DNA of 64,000 bases from NCBI GenBank assembly GCA_003427395.1, contig BFEA01000004.1, forward strand, positions 1,965,628 through 2,029,627, written 5' to 3'. The notes beneath the pieces are model-generated. The model did not search any database. It was not told the origin of the DNA and saw nothing but the letters and a program-made list of their open reading frames with translations. The stretch comes from Chara braunii (taxonomy: Eukaryota; Plantae; Charophyceae). Below, in pieces: positions 1 to 13,236 of this stretch. How positions within the stretch are numbered: position 1 is the first letter of the stretch; the number at the start of each line of letters is the position of its first letter. Position numbers and translations under genes: made by a program.

Positions 1-2722
1 TGGGATTGCCTATGGACCATTTTGGGACCGAGTGAGACCAACTCGAGGTCGAACGCAATGATTGGAAAAGGCTTGGGCCCGTAGTTTGTTTTGGGATCTT
101 CCTTGGGGGACGTGGTGTCGTTGGGACGCCGGGATGACATAAGACTTAATTTTGAGGACATCCTTTTTTAGGTTTACCTCACTTAGGTCTCTTTGGTGAG
201 CTCAACTTCTATATGCGAACCGTCTTTCAGTGGAACGACCACAATTAAGGGAGTTGTGGACCGTATACTTTGGACTTCAACAACGATCGTCTTTTCAAAT
301 TTAAAATGTTACTCAGCTTTCTTGAGTGAGCCAGATACTTCACTCAATGACAGTTGATTGACTCAGATTTCCCTTCACACCTGTGTGAACCCACACTTTG
401 CTTGACCCTACTTGTTTTGAATGTTCAAATGAAAAGGTAGATAAGAGTTGTGCGAGTTGTGCATGTGAATGTAAATGTCAGACTTGAATTTGGGATGATA
501 CTATTTTCTTTTGAACTTGTTTTCTTTGCGTGTTGTGCATGTAGGTAGAAGGATGTTTGAAAGGAGATTGATTATGCCTATTCGAGATGAAGAAAATGAT
601 TGCCCTCTTTCTATTTTTCACTTGTCTGCATGACAAAAATACTTGAAATAATTTCAATGGGTACTTAAAAAAAAAACCTTGTGAATATAGTGAAGATGAA
701 GTCAATTGGACTTAGCCTTTTCCCGAGGATTGACCCGTTTTATCCCGAATGACCTTCAAGTTATCTGACTGTACCTGTCCAAAATGATTCTCATTCTTTA
801 TCTCCTTTGGTTTCTTTTCGTTTGAGTTACCTTGAATTTATGAGAAATGAGAATAATTGAAAATTACTCGCAGTGGGCGCATTTTCTTTCTCTAGGGAGC
901 ATCTGAGACAGGGGGTCGTGTTTTTAGGAGTTGACTCTGTTATCCACATAGAATAGACCGTTTACGAAGGGGTACCTGCCGATTCGGCGGAGACGGTCTG
1001 ACTTCTGAGATCCGAGCTTTGTGCTTGGGCGAGGAGGAGTACCCAGATCACTTCCTAAAGGGAGAGACACACAACATTTCAAGTAATGCACTTAATAAAA
1101 AATCATTCGCGAAACAATTTATCATTCAAAAAGATTATAAATGTATGAAGATGAGTGAGTGCGTGCCTAATCTTAAGTCGGCGGTAAGGTAAAATGAATG
1201 ACTTTGACAATGTGTCTCATCAAGTGAAAACTAAGACAGTCCGATTACCTTGTCGGTTGCATCATGGTTAATATCGATATCAAGTCTCTGTTGGCGATTA
1301 AGTATAATTTTTATTTATCGAGTTCGACCCGAGATGGTCGAATTTTATTTTGATATTGTATTATTGAAATATTTCATATGATGATTCAAATTCATTTAGT
1401 TATCATTTCAGTTTGAATATACATTCCTATTGACTACGCACGATTCTTTTCGATGTGGGGTTAAAATAATTTTATTTTGACTACGTATCTAAGGTACTAG
1501 GACAAGTTGGGGTTTCACGCTTGGTTGAGACCATCCTAGTCGACCGACGCTGACTTCGTACTTAGGAGATTAGCGCCCTAAGGGACGAACGACGTTTGGG
1601 TCCACTTGGCGTTAACCAAACGTATTTATACTACAGCGAACGAGCAAACGTCCTCAACTGACCTACCTCTGTGACTTCATTTTGAAGCTTCCGCACGTGG
1701 ATCAGTAGCTCGGTAGAGATACGCCCCTAAGGGTGGTGACAACCTCTTAGGCAAGTTGTGCCCCGCGGAAACCTATCCTCTCGTAGGGGACTGCGGGAAA
1801 TACAGTTGGCGCACCCGGCTAAAGCGGCGAAGGAACGACGTGACTGTGACCGCGACTGCCTCAGTGGCTCGTGGGGTTATTTTACGTCGTTCCCAAATTG
1901 TCTCTGTTTTGTTTATGTTTACTCTTGCGTAACATGGCCAAGAGGGCTCCTGCATCCTGCAAAAAGGCGGAAGCCGATGCGCTCGACACCATTTGATGGC
2001 TCGAACACTCTGGGGGGGGGTCGGAAGGAAAATTTTGTATGGGGATGAAAGCGGGAAGAAGGAGGGCGCGAAGAGTAGTGTGTAGCGGGGCCAAAATTTA
2101 GACGGAAAGAGAGGGCGAGAACCGCAAAGAGAGAGGGGGTGGAAAACAGTTACGGGTGAAAGAAAGAAGATGGCATGAAGCATAGCGGGAAGCGGGGAAA
2201 GTTTGCATGCATGACGTCGATACAAAGACAAAAAGGCATAAAAATAGGTATGTTCCGTCTATTTTAACTTTAAAACTAATTCAAGATTGAGAAATTCAAA
2301 AACGATATCTGTGCATGAGATTTGACGCGGGAAAATCCTACACCTATTCAGATCCCTACTGGAAATTCACAGAGCCTTCAAGGCCGGATTTAGGAACATT
2401 CACTTGGAAGAAAGGACACGTCGACGGGGATTGTGGCTGCAAATTTTAAAATTCATAATCGTTGAATAAAATTCCTAGAGCGATTACTAAGGCGCGAGTA
2501 AGTCCCAAGTAAATTCATGGATCGTCAAAATGAAATTGCGAAAAAGTATAAGAAAAACAACAAGTCTTAAAAGTGGGAGGGCCTCGTCGGCCATTGATTT
2601 CATGCATCATCCACCAACCAAAAAGAAGGGTACCCCTAAAGCCCGTTAAAGACCGGAAAAACACGAATAGCGAAACTCCGGGCTTCAAAAGTTCGTTCAG
2701 GTACAAAAGTTAGTACTTCACA
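1..2722 (-). mobile_element. Possible LTR-like non-coding retroelement segment, truncated by window start
   Basis: Distinct composition from the flanks, no credible ORF, ends ...TACTTCACA at 2722 (TG start on minus strand), TATAAATA on minus at ~1623-1630. Inferred only. Confidence 0.3.
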
Positions 2723-2778
2723 TGCTGGACCCAATTTCTTGCAGGTGACACTCTCCACCAATAGACATGAGTGTGTGT

Positions 2779-2849
<71 letters not shown>

Positions 2850-2900
2850 TGTGTGTGTGTGCGTGTGTGTGTGTGTGTGTGCGTGTGTGTATGTATGTGT

Positions 2901-2935
<35 letters not shown>

Positions 2936-3262
2936 GTAGCATGTCAGTGGCGGGGAGCACAAGGGCAGGCTTTGATCTCCCAAAAAAAAAAAAAAAAAAA
3001 AGTAATGTTTTATTGAAAGACAAGAGTTTTTTTTTCAAAATTTGAATAGAAAGGGTACACGTTTTATTCGAATACAACATGTATGTGGTCTATTCGAAGT
3101 GCTCTTCTATTCGGGAAAAGTGGACACGCACCGCTGCGATTTCGAAATCTTAAACCACCAGTACCTCCCCGTTGTTTTTTACAACTCGCGGCCGTTAACG
3201 CGCCGCGACTTTCGGGGGTCGGGCGGTACACCCGGTCTCTGATATTTCAAAAAAAAAAAGAA

Positions 3263-3554
3263 NNNNNNNNNNNNNNNNNNNNNNNNNNNNNNNNNNNNNN
3301 NNNNNNNNNNNNNNNNNNNNNNNNNNNNNNNNNNNNNNNNNNNNNNNNNNNNNNNNNNNNNNNNNNNNNNNNNNNNNNNNNNNNNNNNNNNNNNNNNNNN
3401 NNNNNNNNNNNNNNNNNNNNNNNNNNNNNNNNNNNNNNNNNNNNNNNNNNNNNNNNNNNNNNNNNNNNNNNNNNNNNNNNNNNNNNNNNNNNNNNNNNNN
3501 NNNNNNNNNNNNNNNNNNNNNNNNNNNNNNNNNNNNNNNNNNNNNNNNNNNNNN
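3263..3554. other. Assembly gap (N run); further gaps at 6533-6975 and 35989-36058
   Basis: N characters, all abutting microsatellites or homopolymers. Confidence 0.99.
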
Positions 3555-3636
<82 letters not shown>

Positions 3637-3775
3637 GCGTTTGGTTTTGAAAACAAGGGGAATGAATCTTCCCGCGGGCAGAGGGAAGATTCATTCCCAT
3701 TGTTTTCAAAATGAAACGCGCACACAGAGAGAGAGAGAGGGAAGATTCATTCCCCTTGTTTTCAAAACCAAACGC

Positions 3776-3838
<63 letters not shown>
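3555..3838. repeat. Foldback: (CT)n - 39-bp arm - inverted arm twice - (GA)n
   Basis: GCGCGTTTGGTTTTGAAAACAAGGGGAATGAATCTTCCC (3635-3673) is inverted at 3683-3721 and perfectly at 3739-3777. Confidence 0.8.
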
Positions 3839-3839
<1 letters not shown>

Positions 3840-3842
<3 letters not shown>

Positions 3843-5298
3843 GACGCGCAACCTCACGCCCTACGCTGTCTTTCGTTCAGAGTGTTAAAGGTGTGGAAAG
3901 AAGGCCCCGAAAAACAACAAGATGGGGTGTGCTAAGGATTTTTGGGAAATTGAGTGTGGGGACACAGACATAACTGAAATCCCCCGTGTTGGTTTGATGC
4001 AATGACTCGGAGAGAACTGGTGGATTGCGACACGGGTTTTGAAGAAGAAGCGTGCGGGGTTCGTGACGAGGGAAGTTCAAATTCAGTCCAGAAAATATTG
4101 TCGGACTTCCCACCGAGCCATGGCTCTTCGGTTGGAGTGAAAGGGGGCGGACACGTACTTAGTATCCCGCTTTCGGACTAGCTCTCGACGCCGCTTGTTA
4201 CACAATTCCGAATCTGACGCGGACGACCTTAATCGCGTGACCCTTTTCTTATGCTCGTCCTCATTCCGTGTTCGGTAGTGGAAGCCCTTGGATTGGTAGT
4301 GATTGAAGCGTTGGCAATCACTACACAACGTGTTAGGCCAATGGGGCGCCACTGCCGACCACGGGGTGACGATCAACTCGTTGAATGGTAATAGTAACGA
4401 GTAAGGCGAAAAATGTGTATCGATAATAACAAACCCTGCGCCGACAATCCCAGAACACCGATTTTTATGAGGGAAATAATATCGCTCGCCGATCTTGGCG
4501 ACGACTTCTCTTACGTCCCACTCACACACACGCGTCCTTTCCTCGTTATACGGGAAGGGGCGAGGTGGGGATACGAGAGGCCGGCGCCTGGTCGGATTGA
4601 GCCCGTCAGTCCACATGGCAATCAATGAGACGCCAAAGATATCCTCACTCCTTCATCGTAGATCAAGAGTCAAGAAATACACAACAACGCCAAAATTCCC
4701 AAAAGAAAAAAAAAAAGGAAATCGAAGAAGGAAGAGAAAGTTCAGAGAGAGAGAGGTCGAGACGAAGACTCGGGTATGATGAGGTGTGACCATTATTCAC
4801 GCGTACCGGTCGTACGTGGCTCTGAAGTCCCTCATTATTTTACGAGGGTATGCTGCATATGTTGCGCGATATAAGGCAGATGACATGTACGGTGTGTCCC
4901 GAATTACAGCATCAACAAATCCAACCATTCTTGCATCCTTGAACGAAATCCCAACAACATTGCCGCTGTCATCGATTCGTCGGATCGTGTCCTAATCAAA
5001 ACGAGTTTCTTGCCCATATGCATACATTCACTGTGGAAGGTGCGAAAGGCGGCAGCCCGTGCCCTATTGTGTCAAAAGTGAGTAATCACAATCCCTTTTG
5101 ATGGTTGTTACACGCGCATCCATCGTTCACAAGACAAGGTGATCAGATCTCAGCAGGTCCGGGGATTACCCAAAAAACTAATGGAAGAGTTCCGGAAGAA
5201 GTTATTCTGAGTATACATTCATAAGTGCTTATTCCATCACAAACCAAAAGATCGACTCTCCATACATGATCATTCACATCAGCGAGAGAAGAGAAGAG

Positions 5299-5332
<34 letters not shown>

Positions 5333-6532
5333 CGAGAATATCAAGCCAAGAGGGAGAGGTCACACTGAGATCTGGGAATGCAAGAGAAGGTCCGACTTTA
5401 CCGCCATGAGCTCACACCAAATAATGGATTTGCAACAAGGGGGCGTACTCGCCGTCAAATTCCAACATGGCCCCGGGCCAATCATTCACTCAACTCAAAT
5501 CACTCGTCTTCATTCATGCACTGACGATCCCGGCCATTGTGTTACCATCCAATACTGCGATCGTCACCCCGCCACTCTAAGCTCAACGTGGCTTGTCCGG
5601 ATCCCACAGTCCGTCGTGGCGATCTAGCGCACAACCAGCCAGTCTACAGCCGGCTCGTTAGGACTGTCCGACTTGCACTATACACACATCATCTAGCCAC
5701 TGCTTCTCGGAAGCTGGCCGACGAGTTGAGAGAGAGATTTGTGGGTGCGTCGTCGGAATTTATAGTTGCGAGAAGGGAGAGAGACGTGGGGAAAGACGAA
5801 GAGTGAGGTAGAGGAGGGTAAAGGAGGGCTTGAGAGTAATTGCCCGTCGAAAGCCATGTTAATCCTTCTCAACTCGATTTCAGCCAATCAGAATCGCCGC
5901 GCAGTAAGAACTTACACGACGCTTCTCCTTGGCTAGATGGGGAGAGAGGATCGACTGGGTTTTCGAGCGCGGATCTTAGAGCGGGAAGAAGATGAGTGCG
6001 AAGGATAGCTCGAAACGGGTCCAAGATTCAGATGATCAAGAAAGGGAAAAAGGGTGCGCGCTGGGAAGGGGAGGGAAATGCAGTTACAGGGGGAAGGAGA
6101 GAGAAAGCATGTGCGCGCGAAGGGAGGCGTTGAGAGGGGCGAAGGGAGGAAGGAGGAGGGAGCTTGCTTGCATAGCGCCGGTCGGCAAAAGGAGAATGGG
6201 CACCGAAACAGTTGTAGTTTTCCCCAATCCTATGCTAATTAAAAAATTGAAAGTACCATATCCGCGCAAAGCAGGCGCGGGAAAGAAAGAAAGTCCTTCA
6301 TCCATCCATATTCCTACAAGGATTCCTAGAGTTTTCTAGGTCGAGGCCGAGAACATTCGCGAGCGAAAGGTCGCGCGGTGTTCCATTAATTCCGGAATTC
6401 CTAACTGTCGAGCCAGATTCCGAGCGCGCTCGCTAAGGCGCGTGAAATTCCAATGCATTTTCAACAAGAAAAAAAAAGAATTGACAGATTTCAACGAGGT
6501 ACCTTTAATCGAGCAAAAACAGAGGGAGGGGG
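3840..6532 (-). mobile_element. Probable long LTR or LTR-retrotransposon non-coding segment nested in the TTAA element
   Basis: Sharp edge TGTGACG at 3840 (…GTCACA 3' end on minus strand); TATAAA at ~5759-5764 on minus followed by CT-rich leader; no coding signal; other end lost in the N gap. Confidence 0.4.
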
Positions 6533-6975
6533 NNNNNNNNNNNNNNNNNNNNNNNNNNNNNNNNNNNNNNNNNNNNNNNNNNNNNNNNNNNNNNNNNNNN
6601 NNNNNNNNNNNNNNNNNNNNNNNNNNNNNNNNNNNNNNNNNNNNNNNNNNNNNNNNNNNNNNNNNNNNNNNNNNNNNNNNNNNNNNNNNNNNNNNNNNNN
6701 NNNNNNNNNNNNNNNNNNNNNNNNNNNNNNNNNNNNNNNNNNNNNNNNNNNNNNNNNNNNNNNNNNNNNNNNNNNNNNNNNNNNNNNNNNNNNNNNNNNN
6801 NNNNNNNNNNNNNNNNNNNNNNNNNNNNNNNNNNNNNNNNNNNNNNNNNNNNNNNNNNNNNNNNNNNNNNNNNNNNNNNNNNNNNNNNNNNNNNNNNNNN
6901 NNNNNNNNNNNNNNNNNNNNNNNNNNNNNNNNNNNNNNNNNNNNNNNNNNNNNNNNNNNNNNNNNNNNNNNNNNN

Positions 6976-7039
<64 letters not shown>

Positions 7040-8512
7040 CCCCCCCCCTGGGCGCGTTCGTCAAAAGAACCGACATTGGCTTTCATTTATTTATTTTTTA
7101 TCGAGTAATTCTAGCGTTTTTATTTTTCCTTATTTTCCCCTTAGTTTTAGTTTTTTTCCCCATCTACCGGTAGGCGTAGGCTCGGCCAGGGTCGGGCAAC
7201 CGGTAGCGGGAGGGTTGGGCCTTAACAACCGGAGGGTACTGGTGGTTTAAAAACTCAATGACCGTGGCCTCCTCGGCCTCCTACGGGCAGCTACTGGTGC
7301 TTCACATGCCCCGCCCCTTGCTAAGCCCTCACCTCAAAATTGCCCACCCTCTCGAACAACCACCGACGTTGAAAGTTGAGTTGGCGTTGAAGGTCTCAAG
7401 GACATAAGACAACCCTGATGGGCTGCGAACTCGGGGGCACAAATGCAATCCTGACGGACTGCAAATGCAGGGGCATAAATGCAACCCTGACAGGCTGCGA
7501 ACTGGCCTCCCCGAGGTTTCCCCCCCCAGTTGTGGTAGGTTTTGCCTGAACCACCCCTCTTTCTACCCCCTATACCTCCCCCTGGGCTACCCATGCAGTC
7601 CCGTTATCCCGGGCCTTCCATGCTTTCCTGTCGATTTCGTGGCTATGTTCATGCTTCCCCAATGGTGCGACTTCGGGCTAAGAAAACACGAACCTGGCTA
7701 TCTATTTTGTTGCTATGTTCATGCTCTCCAATGGTGGGTCCTGGCCCTTATTGCTGAGTGAACCTCCATCGTTGCGGATGTCCGGGCTTGTCCATGCGGA
7801 TATTCAGAGGTCACACAGGGGTGGAATGGAATTTCGCTTTTTTGTCCACCGTGGCCCATCTCGGTGCGCTAACGGCTTCCCGCAAGCAGCAGGCCTACCT
7901 TCAGAGCGTCCCCTCTCGGCTGACGGACTGCCAGGCGCTCTAATCAAATCAATAACCGGAATAACACAATTTATCAGTAACACAATTTATCAGGGCTTCC
8001 TTTCTATGGGTCCGCGCTCGACGACGGAGCTGTTCCGTCTCTTGGATGGATCAGGGCATCGCTGTAAGGGTTTCAAGTTGACCCAGGCTGACCCGAATCC
8101 GAATCCGAAGCCGAGGCTCTAGGCTGTGGCAGTTCGCGGTTGCGTGCACGTATGTGCACGCGCTCTGATTCGGAGAGCTGTGCGTCATGTTTTGCGCGAG
8201 CCCGCGTGCCGCCGGCGGTCGTGATACAACGGTGATTGTACTTCGAAAAAACTTATTACTTATTACACGCTGACTGACGCAATGCAATGCAACTTCCGGG
8301 CAAAAGTTCCCCTCTGACAGTGTTTGTAAGTGGAGGGTTTCCTGCTGCTGCGTCCTCGTACACGCGACAGACCAACGTCGGGCCTCGCTAAAGCCGTGCA
8401 GGGGGGGAGTGGGCAGAGTGAGCATGCCTCTCGTTGCCATTGCAATTACGAATTACCATTACCCGAGCCAGTGAGCGAGGTGAGACGAGATGGAGAGGGA
8501 GGGAAAGCGAGA

Positions 8513-8632
8513 GGGCGTGCTCACACCAGGACCTTTCTACTTACTTGTGGACGTAATTGTGGTCGTAAACATCCAGAGGGGGCCGTAAAAGCGGTCAGAT
8601 TCATTCAGGATAGAGCTAGTGTTAGTACGCGC
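8513..8632. mobile_element. PIF/Harbinger-type MITE, family H1
   Basis: GGGCGTGCTCACAC ... GTGTTAGTACGCGC|TGA; internal GGACGTAATTG and GCGGTCAGAT motifs. Confidence 0.7.
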
Positions 8633-9909
8633 TGAGAGGGATGAGTGAGATGAGAGAAAAGTTTCACAGCGCGGTGACGTCGCGCGGGGATCGCGGAAAA
8701 ACCTGGCTCCCAAGCCACCAGTGGAGAGAACCCGTGTCGTGGAGCTCAACCCGCGCTCCACGGCGGCGACCGGTAGTTCTTGCCGACCGGTAATTGTGTT
8801 GCGTCCAACCCAAGTTTAGGTACGGTGACGCGGTCGGGCAGGAGTAGAGCTGGGGCGGGGACGCTGGCGGGGCTTCGCCGGGGAGCGCAGGGAGGGGAAC
8901 GCGCGGACACCGAGGGTAGGCGTCGGCGGGGAAGCAGTTTACCGTTCCAGGAGCGGGAAGTTTGTCGGTCCATTGCACGGCGCCATGACGCGAGGAGGGG
9001 GTGACTAGTGAGAGTGAGGAGGGGTGTTTGGGGGAAAGAGGGAGGGGGGGGGGCCGTAAGCGGAGCGGGAAGTTTGTCTGTGGGGACCAACGAGGCCAAG
9101 AAGTCAATGGAATAGTTCGTCCCTGGCGTTGTGGAATTAGCGGCCAGGATGTTGCGCGCGTTCGCGTACGCGTACGCCCGTCCCCACTCGCTCAGTCAAT
9201 CGAGGCACTTGATGTGCAGCGGAGGGGAGAAGAGGAGGAGTCGTGGGGAGCGACAGCGACGGACGATCGCCACGTGCACGAAGAGGGTAGACGTAGTACC
9301 GACTGTGCGACGGTAATCAATCAAAACGCACTTACCGCAGAGCCACCATCTCGAAGTGCAGCGGAGGGTTTAGGATTGGATTGGAGGCGTCCCGAGCGTC
9401 TCTGCTGCCGTTCAGTGTTGTTGGCAGGTAAACGCATGGGAGGGGTGAGAGAATGGGTGGGTGGGTTGGAAGGGACAAGGGGGCGGGGGGGGGGGGGGGG
9501 GGAGGGGGAAAGGGGAAAGGAGGGCGCAGGCTACGATGAGTCGTTATGACTAGCTGCCCGCGTGCGACAGGTGCAGCGGCGAAATTGAGATAGCTGCGCG
9601 CTTTGGGTCGCGCTAGCGTGCGCATCCTGCGCGAGGGTCGTCGACTCCCAGCGATCGCCGCGATCCCCTGCAGGACAGGATTCTGGTACTCGGAGGGCAG
9701 TCGACAGGGCGGATACGCTGGAGGGTAGCCTGGAGGAGGAGGAGGGGGAAGAGGTGGTGGAGTTGCTTGGGAGTGTACTGGCCGTACGGGCCTCATGAGA
9801 GTCGCGTCGCGCGCTCGGCGTCCTTCTCGTTCTCCTCCTCCTCTCCCTCCTGCAGTGCACGATGATGCTCTGATTGGTGGTAGTAGACCACGTCCGCTGG
9901 ACAGGGGAC

Positions 9910-12900
9910 ATGGATACTGACGAAGACGAGTTCTTCGAAGCGTTAGAAGAGATCCCTTCCGGGTCCGAGGAGGGGGAAGACGAGCGGTCCAAGCGTCGCC
10001 TGCCCTCTCAACAACAGCAGCAGCAGCCGCCGCCGCCGCCGCCGCAGCAGCAGCAGCAGCAGCCATTACCGCTCTCGCAGCAGCTTCGGCCGCAGCAGCA
10101 GGCGCAACAACCGCAGCAACAGAGGCAGGAGGCAAACAAAGCCTTTGGAGAGGGCGGGGGGGGGGGGGGCGTAGACTGCATTCAGGGGACGGGGCACGAT
10201 GGGTTGGGCTATCATCAACGGGGTGCGGTGGGAGGGAGTTGGGAGTGGGGCAGTTGTAAGGATGGGCAGAAAGAAAACAGGGTGGGTTATGGGAACACGG
10301 GCTTTCGTGACGGCAAGGAGGTCAAGGTGGAAGCACGCAGCATGGTGGTGTCCGGCTCTCGAGATGGCAGCAGAGGGAGGATGGCAGAAGAGAACAACAG
10401 CCGGGGGAGCAGCGGCGGCAGGAACGAGAGACAGTCCTCTCGGAATAACGGGAGTAAGACCTGGGATAGAGTGGGGGAAGATTGTACCTGGAGCGCGGAG
10501 ATGAAGAGGGGGGGGGATTACTCGATGGGATATGGGGGTGCGAGGATGAATGGCGTGACGGCAACGACGACCGTGACGACGAGAACGAGATTGTCAAAGT
10601 CCATGGCGGCGGAACTGGAAAGCGAGGCAGGGGTCGTTGGGATTGAGAGAGTCGATAGCGTCTCGAGAATGGGAGGAGGGGGGGATGTGAGCAGTGGAGT
10701 GGACAAAAGCCGAGCAGTCAGTCAGGGGAAAGTGCGCGAGAGATCATTGACACCCTCCGCGGCGCAACGGGGAGGGAGTTCCTTCTCTGAGATGGACTTG
10801 TCTGTGTGGAAGGATTTGCCGGGGACGGTGAAAGAGAGGAGGGAGAGGTTCTGGCAGAGCTTGAAAGGGAGGAATGGCAAGCTTGGATCGTCCATCGCGG
10901 CGCAGTCGCAACGATCGAGAAGTGTGTCCGTGCCAAAGTCTAACAATTACGTCCACGATTTGCGACCGATCAGAGAGAACGGGATCGGGATGGGTAGTGT
11001 GGAGCAAGGAGGGGAGGAGGAGGCGGTTCCGTCCAGGGCGAGGAGCGGGCTTGGTGGCGGCGGGAATGAAGGAGGAGTGGGGAGGACTAGAGCACTGGGC
11101 CGGAGTCGTCTGCGGCCCACGTCTGCGTCGTCGTCGTCATTGTCACCGCCGGTGGCAGATCGTTTGACGGCGCTGAGGAAAGATGGGGTTGGGGGTTTTG
11201 AACCCGCGCAGAGGGGGGCTGAGGAAGAGAGGAGTTCGATATCGAGGATTGCGAGCTTTGCTGCGAAGCCATCGAGGCCGCTTCAGTCTTGGGTGTCGTC
11301 GACCGCCAACTGGGTGAGGTGGAGGGGGGGATCAGGGGTCTCTCAGAGTCTGGATACCGGTGACGGAAGGGCAGGGTGGGAGGGGTGGGAGCGAGTCGTG
11401 TACGGAGGGGTAGGCGACGAGGGGATGCGATCATTCAGTGCAAGGAAGGAGCGACCCCGACCGGACTGGTTAGCGGACTCCCCCGAGCAGACGGCGAAGG
11501 GGGCGAGATCGGGCCCTTTGTGGGAGCCGGCGAGGACCAGTCGTTGGGATGCTTTCGGTGAAAGGGAGAGGCAGAGAGGAGGAGGAGGAGGAGGAGGGTG
11601 TCCTGACGAGGGGGCCAAAGAAGCGGGGAGCCGCTCTAGTAGTGGTTGTGCGCCCCGGTCGTTGTCCAGAGAAAACGTGGACAACGGCCGCAGAGAAGAG
11701 AAGAGAAGAGACTCGACATCCATCTTCACCACGCCGGCAAATCGGTCCTCGGGGCGGGGTTCGACTGGGGAGGGGGTAGGCGGAGGCGAAGTTGTACGCG
11801 GGACGCGGAGATCGTCGTCGAGGCAGAGACAGAGAGAGGAAGAGGAAGAGGAGGGAGAAACAGAAGAAGAAGTTTTGACGAGCGGGAGGCACAAGCGGTC
11901 GAAGAGCGACCCGAGTCTTATTGGCAGCCCGGGAGCGGAGCAGGAGGCGGAAGTTGGGCGGCAGTCGTATTCCAGGGAGGGGGGGAAGGAAGGGTCCTCG
12001 AGCGGGAGAGCGGGGGCCGGCGAGGTGAGGGCGGAATGGCGCCCGGCGGAGAGGCTAGGGTGTAGTTCGTCCAGCGGGTCAGATGGCGTGTTCGTAGAGG
12101 GGGGGAGGGAGGGGGGGAAGAACGGGGTAGGGGACGGCCGCGGAGGGGGGGGCGAGGCGGACTCTATGCTTAGGGTGCACGATTTCAAATCGGGGAAGGA
12201 GATCGAGGTCGAGATGATTTACAGAATAAGGGACCTGGACACGGGGAAAGAGTTCATTTTGGGGGAGGACTTGTGCGCGAACCCCAGGGGGGCGGGGAAG
12301 GAGGGGAATAGAGTTCACGAGGTTGTGCACGAGGTTGGAAAAGGGGGGAAGCTGGGGAAAGACATGACGCTGGACGAGTTCCAAGAGTCGCTAGGGATAT
12401 ACCCTTTGACGCGGGAGATGGCGATCAGAGAGAGAAGGGAGGGAAGAGGTGGGGGGGTTAAGGAAGAGAAGGGGGGGGATAAAAAAGAAGGAGAGGGGGG
12501 CGGGAAGAAGAAGGGTAGGTGGTTTCGCTCGATTAGAGTGTACGGCGGAGGTTCGAAAGAGAAGAAGGGGGGGAAGAGTGAAGGGGGAGGGGCGGAGACG
12601 GGGCAGGGGGGCAACACGCCGAGAAGCGACACGTCCTCGACCAAGGATTACGCCAGCTGCACGGAGGGGGAGAAGGCGGAGGGGAGGAAAGCGGGCAAGC
12701 GGAAGAAGGGGGAGCAGCAACCGTCCAGCACGGAGACCAGGGAGAAGGTTCATCATCACAGGAAGACCCACAGGGACCTTACCGACTTGAAGTTGGGCCA
12801 GGAGCTGAGGGCTCATGACGGTGCCATTTGGACGATAAAGTTCAGTCGAGACGGAAAGTACATGGCGAGCGCGGGGCAGGACAAAATCGTCAAAGTGTGG

Positions 12901-13236
12901 CTGATACTTGACCGCAAGCCCAGTTCGAACACAAGGGGTAGCGGCGCGAGCGGCGAGGGAGGAGAGGGAGAGAGGGGGAGGACTTGCCGCGCAGACGACG
13001 AATGCGAAGTGGGGAATAGCGGGCGTCTGAGCAGCAGTAGCAGTTCAGGGAGTTGCCACAGCCTGGGGAGCAATGGCAATGGGAGCAGGCTCGGGGGGGG
13101 GGGAGGAAGCGCCCCCGCTCCCCCCGGAGCGACGGCGGGGTCCTGGGGTGGCAGCTTCTACATCCAAGAGACGCCGCATCGGGTCTTCAAAGGGCATACA
13201 GGGGACGTGCTCGACATGTCGTGGTCCAAGTCTCAG
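9910..13236 (+). CDS. WDR44: WDR44-like exon 1 (1109 codons: FFAT-like N-terminus, polyQ/P tract, long G/S/R/E-rich disordered region, first WD repeats)
   Basis: ATG at 9910 ([14 protein letters not shown]); open frame to ...SWSKSQ, then donor CAG|GTAC at 13237. Confidence 0.9.

Larger units (their letters stand above)
3154..7246. mobile_element. 4.1-kb TTAA-flanked TIR element of the same family as the 62099 MITE, carrying nested sequence
   Basis: TTAA|ACCACCAGTACCTCCCCGTTGTT from 3150 and AACAACCGGAGGGTACTGGTGGT|TTAA ending at 7250; subterminal GTTAA(C/T)GCGCCGCG shared with the MITE. Two N gaps lie inside, so pairing of the ends is inferred. Confidence 0.7.

Noticed and set aside
2718-7250. 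ORFs made of [16 protein letters not shown] or X runs here and throughout the window
   Set aside because: Translations of microsatellites and N gaps.
9874-9909. ORF-track start at 9874 and ORF end at 13263
   Set aside because: 9874 is a TTG; the first in-frame ATG is 9910 and begins the FFAT-like motif. The frame past 13236 is intron read-through after a GT donor.
9332-13079. Multiple long antisense and alternate-frame ORFs over exon 1 (e.g. 9332-10135, 11343-12188) and over exon 8 (49625-50191)
   Set aside because: Shadows of GC-rich, low-complexity coding sequence; no recognisable domains.
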